Positions 30,006 through 40,741 of a stretch of DNA of 64,000 nucleotides are shown piece after piece. Made by a program: the position numbers and the translations under genes. Source of the DNA: Phoronis australis (taxonomy: Eukaryota; Animalia; Phoronida); contig NMRA01000574.1 of NCBI GenBank assembly GCA_002633005.1, forward strand, positions 93,030-157,029, given 5' to 3'. Positions within the stretch are counted from its first letter, which is position 1. The number at the start of each line of letters is the position of its first letter. The notes beneath the pieces are model-generated. The model had not been told where the DNA came from and did not search any database. It saw only the letters and a list, made by a program, of their open reading frames with translations.

Positions 30006-33000
30006 CTTCAAGGAAGATTTTAACTCTGGCTGTAATTAAGTTCTCAAAAAACTTTCTCCGAGTGCTGTAACAAGGGAGAGTGTTCACACATTACGCCATC
30101 ACTCGACGAAAGAAAGGGTTTGAAAAAAATGACGATTTATGACACGGGGAGGAGGTTAGACTCACAACAAAGTCGTCACGTGGTTTATTAGAATATCTCC
30201 ATCACAGTACATATTGTTGGGAAACTGGTTCACCTCCTACCAGAACTGACTAATTCCAAATCCGGTACCCAATGCTTAACGCCTCCAAGATTTAATCATA
30301 TTTCACTAGGCTTACCTTATAAACATTTACAGAGAGAAAATACCCACTCCTTCACTGCCTAAACAGGGTGGTAGGCTGTTATAATGTAATTAGATGCTGG
30401 ACAGGGGAAGGGGGTAAAAAGTGGCAAATTTTGGATGACGTAATATGCGAACGCTCTACAAGCAACAAACAGCACGAAGACAGCTAGTATTCACGGGAAT
30501 TTAGCAAAAAGAATATTTTCCCAGGTTACCTCAACAGTGAGACACTAGCACCAAGAAACCTTGGCTTATGCAATGGAAAGAGTGAGTAGTCAAGGTATCA
30601 ATGTGTACTTCTAAAAATTCAAAAGCTTGACTGATTTGCTAGTGCACGCAAGAAAGAACGTAAATTCCCTTCCAAGGTCTTGCTTCCTGCTAATGTGATC
30701 TTGGAATGTTTGAGCTTACCAAACTCAAAGCTCTTGTCTTATTGAAGGAGCCTCATGCTGACACATTCAGCACAAGGAAGCATGAGAACTAATAAAATCA
30801 TCAAACTCTCTTTAACTTTTCATTAATAAAGCTGTGAGTGATTATCTAAAACAAATTCTCTTTTCTCACACACACAAACCCACCCACCCACACACGCACA
30901 CATGGTCACATGAGCTTGGAGGGGGTAACTGGCCCCTAAAGTGGCTTAGAATTTTGCAGATGGTTTTAGATCATGGGTGTCGCTCACACACAATTATAGG
31001 CCTTTTGAAATTGACATGGAAGGTCAGTGAAAGTAGTTATTTGTGAACCCTGCTCTTCTTCTAACAACTGTCCCAGTTGGACTGTGTAACTAAACACAGC
31101 TTAAAGGAGAATGCCGCCTGATTTAACTTAGTCTTTTTTGCCGTCTTAATCGGTCTATATCCACATCGCCTTGCATACAGTCGATCTTACCTTGCCAAGA
31201 GGAAGGTGAGAAACGACGCTAGCGACGTCAGTAGTTCACATGCAGAGTGAATGACGCTATGTTACGGTGCATCGTTCCCGCTTGTCCGAACTAAGCAGCT
31301 GCGAGGAAAGCGGGTATATCGTTTTTTACTTCGAGAGTCCGAAATGCTTAAGAAGTGGCTCATGGTAGTGAAGAATGAAATGTACACTGTAAATAGCAAG
31401 TATGAGGCCGTGAAACATCTCCGTGTCTGTGGCATGCAGACGTCGACAGTGCCTGAGTGACGAATGCCGGCCGGCTTACCAAATAACTCCATGTTCCGTT
31501 GTCTGAGCTTGTTCTCGGCGCCTCTCTAGTATTTTTTCATCACTGTTTTCCTGTTCGAATTGATAGCCTGTAAAACTTAACGATCCACCTGCGAAGTCGG
31601 GACTGACGAGCTCTAGCTCGTCCTAAGTTGGGATTGCCAGTTGCCATGTTGGCGTTTAGTACTGAGCGTTCCGTTTCAAAATGCCTTCTCACCCTAACCA
31701 ATTGAAACAAAGTCTGTCTCATTAGATGCAATTTGTAATGCCTTTGGAGTGTTTGTGAGTGCAAATGATTTGAGAAGCCAGCAATGAATAAATCACTGCG
31801 TTACCGGCTTTAGGTGCAATAAAACTAATTGACGGGACACCGAGGCCATGTGAGCTCATGCTAATTTAGTGTTTGCTGGCAGAAACTGTTGTGAAACAAC
31901 TCGATTTCCATCCCACGGCTAGGTGTTAGGGGAATCTTTATTTACGTTTACATTACTCAAATAATGATTGTCAATGTACAACTTCTGCCCAGACGGTGTT
32001 GTGGCCAAAGCGGAACCCGAGTGAATTCGCGGCCCCAGACGAGTAATTAGATTTGCAGTTTCGTGGCTAATTCACCAACAGAATCACGTGCACATTACTT
32101 TGGCTCACTAGTGTAGTATTTCCTTGACTCGAAGTTTAGTTTCCACTGAATTTTGGCTGGTTTATGTTCGTAATGTCTGATCATTTTCCGAGCCACTGGC
32201 CGGGATAACAATGAAGTCAATCCGGCCGGCCGCGACGGGCTTAATTGGGCTCCGAGCCACTAGCCAGGATAACAAGCGTTTTGTGTTTAGAACTCAAAAA
32301 ATCATTAGTCTAAACAACACAGATCTAGGTTCTCCTGTCTGTATCTCACGGAAAATATTTCGAAATTATCTCCGAACAGACCCAAAACTCCTGTTACGGA
32401 CCTTATTGGTCTGCCGAACTTTGTAGCGAGGCTACGGTGTGTCCAAATACCAATAAATCCGTAAGAGCGAAATCAAACAACACGTTTTTATAAGAACTCA
32501 GTGTATTTTTAAGGGTTTTACATCGAAGTTTGATGATTTGTTGGTGTTAAACGATGACTTCAAGCAATAAGAGGACACCAGTAACCCGTGTTGTGAACTG
32601 CTGAACAGACTGCGTGTGAAACCGATGACATCACTGGATAATTTCAACACCTCTGTCTGCCAACAGGTGTCAGGTAACGCAACTGTACGTGTCGTTATGG
32701 AGTAGAACTACTCAATCTAAATTGATACAAATTAGGTTGGTTTTTGGGTGGCATGCTCCTTTAAAAAAGGGATTATGGTCCTGGCTGAGAGGATAACAGT
32801 TTTATTGTCCCCTATGAATTCTGAATGGCGGAGCCCAGAATGACTTACGAGACCACCAATGGAGCGTTATCATATTCCTGGCCCAATATGATGCTAGGCA
32901 CGTCAGCCTGGACCACTTCTATTGGTGTCTGCAGGATGACTGACATGGCACGGAGCTCCAGCTGACCTCCCCAGACCGGTGAGTGTGCTACATCGTCGCA

Positions 33001-36000
33001 GTACTGACAAAACTCATCTGAAAGACACACAGACAGACATGACTTGTAACCAATCACAGCACGGCACAGACTGACGTGCAAGTTTTCAGCCACGTGTTTC
33101 ATAACATGGTGATTGTTTTGTTTAATCCTGTTGAACGTCAACGGCAAAGTAACTAAATGTCACATGCATCAGACTTGTTTGGACCAGCTGATAAGTCTAA
33201 CATCTGTAAAACCAGCAAATTATTAGCCTTACATATTTCAGGATATAGTTATTATAATCTTACTGCAAAATTTCAGGTTAAGCCATTACAGGATTCAATA
33301 TTTACTGCATTACCCGGAATATAATCCCATGGCCTTATATGGCTTTATAATTGAATACCAAGCCATGGCCTTACAGTCTGGGTCATTTGCATATGATATG
33401 AGCAACAGCATTAACTTGTATATAAGGCCAACATCCATGAACAAACTGAAAAGGACCAGGGAGGGATGGAGGGAAGGAGGGAGGGCGGGAGAGAGGGAAG
33501 GTGGGAGGGAAGGAGGGAGGGAGGGAGGCATTACTTAACATTACAGAAGCACTGATAATTTAAGAAAATGGCTTCAGCAAGGTTCAGATACTAAAGCCGT
33601 GTTCCCTAATGCTGGTCATTAGCGAGCGAATCCTAGTGAGAATACATGCCCCACTCGTAATACACGACGGTATCTTGTGGGTACTCTGAGGTACAAGTCT
33701 CAATGACCATACCACAGGTAACAGTGTTTGGCCACGGGACAGATTTATCATCGCACTTTACACTTACCTGTTGTGTATGGCTCTCCCGTGCTGTTATCGG
33801 TCAGAAATGGAAGGAAGTCGTCAACATTCTCCAGCATGTGCTCAGCAGTTTGCTGTCGCAGCTGATCAGGGGTGGCCTATCAGAGTAAAAGAGATGCAAG
33901 TCCAACTCATTACAAATTGCTAGGTTTTAGGACCGAAACACATTCACTGAGTTACTCCACTACATTACGATTTGGCAAGACTACATAAGATGACCTCAGC
34001 AGTTGGAGACCTTACCCTTCTAATACTAGCAAACAAGACACCACCAAGTTAAAAGATGGCCGCTCAGCATGTTCAATTTATAGAGTAAATGAAAAGTAAA
34101 AAATCACAGTTTTCACTCATCTCACCACATGTTACGGAAAAATCTTAACAATTTTGGGCATAAAAAATTGTCTAATTTCCCAAAGGCTTCTTACAGTTAC
34201 GAATTTTTCAAAATATTGTCTGGCAACAACTATGGCACGGAGTTTGAACACAGAAAAGCATTGATTTAGTGCAACACACTTTTTCTGAAAATTTTACCTG
34301 TCGCCATATTGTGTTCTAAATTGGTGAGAATTTACCCATATATAACACATGTGATGATAACTGTGGTTTTCTTACATCAAGATTTTTTACACATGGGTAA
34401 AGCCGGAGTATCATCATAATGTATAAGAACACAAACCTAGATATAAATAACACCCAACTATCATAACGTGTGTTGTATAACACACATAAAGGACTTTTTA
34501 AGATGGGCATTTATCAAATCTGGTGGCAGTGGGTTAACTGGTGGCAACATTTTTTAATAGCGAGACCAAACACCAGGGGGAACTGGCTACTCTCAGGCAA
34601 GGAGTGTGACCGTCTTCATCCCAGAGAGTTTAACTGCATACAGGAACCAGCAGGGGTCAAAGGTCACAAGTAATCAGCAGATACTACGTACTAAGTGAAT
34701 GTCTTTTGTAAAGTGAATACCAATCTATTCAAGTTAACTAGGTATGCTTACCTCAAATCCTATTCTCTTGAGTTGATCGCTGATGGCAGTATACAGACTG
34801 TGGGAGCAACAATGCAAATGATTCATTTCACACACTTTGGAATATTCATACCAACAAAAGCAGCTACGATTGAAATGCATTTACACTCTTCAATTTCTTA
34901 AATTAAGTTCCTTTGATCAAAAAATACAATTGAGAAACTTTAAATCAAAGAAACCCATAGGTATTGCAACTATTAGGCATGTCCGACACTTCAACAGTAA
35001 TTGTGGATTACAATGTACAGAAGACGAAACAACAAGCACAAAATCTGCTGCAACTAAAGCTGATTTTTCCATAAGCTTGACAACCCACCTGCAGCAATCT
35101 TTTCTAGACCTGTAAGTACCAGGTCACGTGACATGACCGCATGACTCTGTAGGATACCTACCCTATGCATGCCTATACACAAGTCAAAATCTACCATGAA
35201 TGGTTGGGAAATCCAAAGCAGCCTAAACAAAGCATTGTACTCACCAGTTGCCATCTGATGGAACCTGGAAATAGGAATGACCACATTAATAAGTAATACA
35301 AAGATTGCTCTATTTGTAGATGAACATGTAAAGGATTATAAGCAATAACGTGAAGCGTTTAAATTAATGTAGTATATCAACAAAGGAAATATTATTAAAA
35401 ATATTGCTATTTACTGAGATGTATTCATTCTAACTTATTATTATTTATTATTAATGTAATATTTACAATAAGGGTAGCCCCATCAGTTCACACTGCTTTC
35501 CATGGGGGCCCTCACAATTTTATACATCAGTTTCAGACAAGCACGTCACCGTGCAGCCACAGTGCAAAGAGCTGGATACATTCAGGTCACACAACTGGCT
35601 GTAAACAATCCAGACATCACACAAACGTCATACCACTAACACACTACAGCACTGCAGCATACCTCAAAAATTTCTAGATTTCTCTTCTTTAATATTGCAT
35701 TTAACTTCTCCATCTCTTGGTGCCGTGCCCCGGAGATGTTCTCCATCTCTTGAGCCTGGATGCGTTCCTCACGCTCCCTCTCTTGCTCAGCTTTCTTCTC
35801 CTACAATTGTTTTTTACACTTGAAGGCAATAAGACAATTTTGTGAGAACATTTATACAAAAATGGATCAATGCCGAGGGTGATATCAGGTCACAAGGACT
35901 GCACGAGAGGAATATCGCCCAGGACAATATTGCTCTTCCGAGACCATATGGCCTGATAAGCCCAAGGGATCAGTCCATACTTGTTTTGTTACACTATCAC

Positions 36001-39000
36001 TAAATGCTTCTTTCCTCTGATTTTTTCATCTCTTAATATATTAGATTGTTCTCAGCTGCTTTGATGTTCGTCTGCTAGCTTTGTGGTCAGGGTCTTTAGT
36101 TTCTACTACATCTGATTGGTCAGATCGAGAATAGCAACTTGGGCAGCATGAATGAACAGTAAATTAAATATTCCATACTAAGTGGGTCAATGTTACGTTA
36201 TATCAGAACTTGACATGCCGCCTTTCAGCCAATCAGAGGAGAAATGTATCAGTGGTTGTGTAATAAATAAATGATTAATTTAGGACAGCTTCAATAGTTC
36301 AGAACGTAGAAAGTTGTCAAGAGAAGGGCACTTATCTTTAACAAACTCTTGATCATTGGTTTACATTTCTAATCAATTTTTTTAAAATTAAGCAACATGA
36401 TACAAAATAATCTTCGAGCATTTAACCAACAGACAATACCTTTAAAATCACAGTCAAGGAAACTAACTTCCAACAAGAACAACTCAAACATCCACATATT
36501 GTCATTCTTTGTCCACTTAGCGCTACATGTCATTGCAAAATGACTAAACAACAAAACGAAATGACTTAACAACAGAATGCTCGAAGCATATTGCCTTCTG
36601 TACCTCTGTAAGTGATGTGACCGACTTAGCTGATTATTCTTTTTGGTAAAAGGCAATACAATGAGTGTTTCTTGCATAGTGGAATGTTTTAAGTATCAAA
36701 ATGACAAGAAGCATCTGCAAAGACATCTGTTGGCACAAACAAATACCAAACATTCACTTAGATCTGAGTCAGTATTCCATCGAAAACTAAAGAAAAAACA
36801 TGGTCATGGATTCTGTGACTAAAATGACAAGGCCTATGGAAAGTGCAAAAAACCAACCTTCCTGCGTTGAGCTTTGCTTATTTTCTGTGTTTTTTCAGGA
36901 GTATCTTCATTGGTTGACATGTTGTTTATCTTGTCGGTGACAACACCCACCTGTAATTGATTTGACACATTGCTAGAACATATGTGATTAGCCAAGAGAA
37001 CACTTAGACACCCGATGTGAAGGTTGTGATAAGACACAAGAACTCGAGATTCACCAGGGGGGACAAATGAAATAATCACCCATCCTGAAGAATGTATACA
37101 TTAATTTTATCCCAGGAATGCTCCCGTAAGAGTGAATAGCTTTGTGTTTCAACCTTTCACGTAAGAAGAGAATGTCACAGCATTGAAATTGAGTAAGGTC
37201 TTCCCATTTCTATGTAGCAATCTGAAATCATGATGGCTACAAATTTCAACCAGAGCAACACTGAGTGTAGAAAGTGCAGCTTGAGAGATATGAATGCTGT
37301 TGACGAGAAAGCCCGTTCAATTGGTGAGAAAACCCCTTCAGTTGGTGAGAAAGCCCCTTCAGTTGGTGAGAAAGCCCCTTCAGTTGATGAGAAAGCCCCT
37401 TCAATTGGCGAGAAAGCCCCTTCAGTTGGTGAGAAAGCCCCTTCAGTTGGTGAGAAAGCCCCTAGAGTTGATAAGAAACTTTACCAAGTCATCAGCAGCT
37501 GCAGTCATCACTTGTTCCTTCTGTTCCTTGATCTCGCGCTCATGGCGTGCATCCAGCTCCTCTTCCAATAGCGCTATCTGAGCAGTGACCTCTTTCTTCT
37601 TTTTCTTGTCTCCCTTAGGGATGCTGTGCTTGAGTTTCTGTATTTCGGCTATCAAGGATAAAAATAAAATAAGAACGGTTATAGCTAAATTGATACCAAA
37701 CCCAGTTTTGACCTATGAACAGATAATATTAAAAATGACTTTCCCATCCAGTTCTCTGAAAGACAATAATGCCCTGTAACCCTCGACAACCTTCAGAAGA
37801 TTGGAGCAAAATTTAAAAATTCATTTCAAAGTTGTCTCAATAGACCCAATTTATGCGGCGGACATTAAAATCCAAAGTGAGGCTCACTGCGATAAACAAA
37901 GCAGAAGCTGACATTGCGCGAGTTAAATGTCCCGTTTTTCGAGTCCAACCTGGATATTATATCTTAAAAATGTGTCGATAATTAACAACAGAGACGTAGA
38001 AAAATACATTAGAGAACAAGTCAATGCACCAAAGAGTTGTCTGACGAAAGGGTATAAGTTTTTTTCCGGAAAACCATAGGATCGAAACAAAAGTAAATAT
38101 GACCAAATTGCGGCAATCGTAATGTCATGGATAAGGTATTGTGGTGAATGCAGGGTTACATTTCTTCTTGTAAATTGTTGCTAATGCTTTCTCCATGAAC
38201 CAGGTCATCTGCTCGTATTGTTGACGAGCAGAAGATACATTCGACAATGGTGGCTCATCACATTTTGCTGTGATGTTCAATTAGTCACATCTGGTTTAAT
38301 TTGTTGATCAAGCATAGCCTAGGTCCTGGTGAGATAGGGACTACCGGGACTAACAGTTGATTTGTCATTGATCTGAAAGAATAATTAATGTTATTACATA
38401 TATTTCTTATTAAAGTAAGTAACTAGGCTCGTAACTGAAAATACCTTATTTGATCACCAATTCTGCTTTCTTCAGTTGATTTTAATAATTCTTACATCTA
38501 TTTCATGAGTTAGGTTTCAAATATCAATCTGGACCAAGTTGAATTTCAAAATTAAAACACCCAATTCGTTCGTCCAAAGCATAACATCATTTTAGAGCTC
38601 AATTTCAGTTAAGTGGACAGAGCAAGCATAGTTATCATGTTTCTTCAGGGGCCTCGTTCATCCAAGGGGAAAATGAGGTGCCTGTGCCTGAGAGGGGAAT
38701 TTTTTGCCGAGTGAGGGGAAAAATCTACATCCCGATCACCATCAGTAGCACCCCCCGCCCTGTTGCAAGTTCTCATAGGCTCTGTCTCAAGTAGCATTTT
38801 GTACTCTTTCAAATTGTCACCTGTGTGGTTAGGTGATTTGAACTTTGAAGAGAAATTTTCAATTTTTAGGCCTAGTCGCGGTGGGGGGAATTTTGCGTAA
38901 TTTTTCAATATTTTTGAGAGGGGAATACGGCCGATATTCGACCCCAAAATCAAGGTATTGAGGGCCCTGTCCTTTTTGGAAAGAAAAAATTTTGCATCAT

Positions 39001-40633
39001 GTTTCAGCTCATAGTCATAAAAACACAGCCTGGCTAGCCAAAGATTCTCCGGTTGTTGCTATGCTCGGCAACCAAGATGAAACAAAATATGATCAAACTG
39101 TTTGAAAATATTTTGAATTTTACACGGACAAATTTTCCTTCGTCGCAGCGTATGGCAACGACCCAACGCTTCCGAATCTCAACGTCCTTAGGAATTGTAA
39201 AACAGAAGGTTGAATGTCCGTAATTTTTCTAGCCGTCGACCACACGGAATACACTGAACTATGCCGATAAGCCAACAGAGCTATCATAGCGAGCCTCGTT
39301 TTGGAACGCGCCTCCTGTCGGCCTGAATTAGATCTATAGGCAAGTGAGACCTAACTTTTAGGGTCTTACACACCATAGGGAAGGTGCCACCCACCAAGAA
39401 CTATAAATATCCAGTCTGTGTCACAGAGAGTATGAGTTCTTAGTTGGATGGCAATAATGCCTTAGCATGTGACAGAACTTAAGGTTGGTTGAAATTCCAA
39501 AACAGGGTTTAGTATGCTTTAATGTCATGCAAACCATTGAGAGATTTTAAATCAAAAACAGGATTAAATTCTGAAGGATCTCAGCTCAGTGTAAAAGTTT
39601 ATCACAGTGAAAAAAATAAACTAATGTCTCTGGCACTCACTGACCAGTCACATTTGTACCCTAAAAATGACATTCACGAGTTCAACCAATGAGGTGCCAT
39701 TATTGGCCTAATTTGGAATGATGTGGCATGTTATGTTTGACAGCAACTTATCGCTTCTGGTGAAAAATTTAATGATGACAAAAAGTGGGATTGAATGTGT
39801 TTTATGAAATATGTCTTTTTAATTGTCCAACTCCGTGAAATGTTTCATCAGTTTGCAAATCCACAGGAAAAAATGGAATCCTACATGACTAGAAAATCTT
39901 AGGCCTATAATTACAAGCTTTAAAAGGTCACACAATGTTACATTAACATGTGACAACCACTTTTCTGAAAATTTACAATTTTTGCTTTGAATGTGAATTC
40001 CTAAACAATCTAGCCTGCAAGAGATTTCATGTTTGAGCCACAGGAGTCCTCAGCTTTTGATCGTCCCCATATCAGAAACTGAGGACGCCTGTGGTTTGAG
40101 CAATGTATATTCAGTTAGGTTAAGTTCTTTTTTAACAGTGTCTTGGCAACCAAGTGACAATAACCTCTTTCATTATCTTAATTGACTATAAATGGGTTTC
40201 CAAAGGAAGGTGCAGTTTTGACCGAGTTAGTTGTGGTCACAGCCCATGATCCCGCTTGTTCAACCAAAGTACATCATTCTACTGCATCACATGCAATGCC
40301 TACACTACAATATTATTTTCTTACAATAGACTATAAAAGACGAGTACTAGTATCAGTGACGAGATCAAAGACAAGTGTGACAGCGATAACTATTGTGCAA
40401 ACCCACAGCCATAACAATAACAAAACCCTGCCTGCCATGCGAGAGCAAGAAAAGAAGAAGTCAGACTCATAGGAGAGCCTACCGTCGTTTAAAAAAACGG
40501 AAGACAACTAAACACAGGCTAACAAAACAATTCGCAATTTAAATGAGAAAATAGTGCCTTGAAGTGCCTTTCTTTCTGATTTATGCCTCTGGTCAATGCT
40601 TGCAGATGCAAGCTCGTCCTCCGCGTCGGCCAT
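29918..40633 (-). CDS. OTUD6B: OTU-domain deubiquitinase OTUD6B, spliced gene (~300 aa, 9 coding exons)
   Basis: Exons 40633-40558, 37648-37485, 36950-36858, 35800-35663, 35264-35245, 34797-34752, 33876-33768, 33017-32849, 30005-29918. Motifs: RHKSERKALQAEIQKLK..IPKGDKKKKKE, ISKAQRRKEKK, catalytic PSDGNCLY, WGGQLELRA, LGEHYNSV. Confidence 0.95.
31105..32760. mobile_element. Kolobok-like DNA transposon remnant with decayed THAP domain
   Basis: TTAA|AGGAGAATGCCGCC...GGTGGCATGCTCCT|TTAA. 31259-31440 reads MLRCIVPACPN*AARKAGISFF / EMLKKWL...HLRVCG (THAP C-x4-C..W..C pattern with a stop and a frameshift). Confidence 0.7.
32849..33017 (-). CDS. OTUD6B: OTUD6B exon 8
   Basis: EFCQYCDDVAHSPVWGGQLELRAMS...PIEVVQA. 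Confidence 0.94.
33458..33528. repeat. (GGAG)n purine microsatellite
   Basis: GGAGGGATGGAGGGAAGGAGG... Confidence 0.85.
33768..33876 (-). CDS. OTUD6B: OTUD6B exon 7
   Basis: ATPDQLRQQTAEHMLENVDDFLPFLTDNSTGEPYTT. Confidence 0.93.
34752..34797 (-). CDS. OTUD6B: OTUD6B exon 6
   Basis: (C)LYTAISDQLKRIGFE. Confidence 0.92.
35245..35264 (-). CDS. OTUD6B: OTUD6B exon 5 (20-nt microexon, catalytic loop)
   Basis: tttccag|GTTCCATCAGATGGCAACTG|gtgagt = VPSDGN(C). Confidence 0.9.
35663..35800 (-). CDS. OTUD6B: OTUD6B exon 4
   Basis: EKKAEQEREREERIQAQEMENISGARHQEMEKLNAILKKRNLEIFE. Confidence 0.93.
36858..36950 (-). CDS. OTUD6B: OTUD6B exon 3
   Basis: VGVVTDKINNM...KISKAQRRK. Confidence 0.9.
37298..37463. 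repeat. 21-bp minisatellite, ~8 copies
   Basis: GTTGGTGAGAAAGCCCCTTCA units. Confidence 0.92.
37485..37648 (-). CDS. OTUD6B: OTUD6B exon 2
   Basis: EIQKLKHSIPKGDKKKKKEVTAQIALLEEELDARHEREI. Confidence 0.93.
38646..38969. mobile_element. MITE-like element related to 3960-4271
   Basis: CAGGGGCCTC...GAGGGCCCTG and the shared internal blocks. Confidence 0.7.
40558..40633 (-). CDS. OTUD6B: OTUD6B exon 1
   Basis: MADAEDELASASIDQRHKSERKALQ; donor appears to be GC (AAG|gcacta). Confidence 0.8.
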
Positions 40634-40738
40634 GCTGGAAAAAGTCGAAGTCTTCAATATTTGGAAACACTAAAAGTCGCTTACTTCCTTGTCCAAAATT
40701 GGTATTGTGTATTTCGGCTCGCTTGTAAAAAAATCAGC
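40634..40738. promoter_or_regulatory. Bidirectional promoter / 5' UTR region between OTUD6B and RABGGTA
   Basis: 105 bp between divergent ATGs; contains an ETS-like ACTTCC core at ~40683-40688. Confidence 0.7.
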
Positions 40739-40741
40739 ATG
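40739..40741 (+). CDS. RABGGTA: RABGGTA exon 1, coding part is the ATG only
   Basis: cagcATG|gtaagt; the next exon starts HGRLKVKT with no Met of its own. Confidence 0.8.

Noticed and set aside
37230-37581. Repetitive ORFs (GEKAPSV)n and (VRKPLQL)n
   Set aside because: Translations of a 21-bp intronic minisatellite plus the antisense of an OTUD6B exon.
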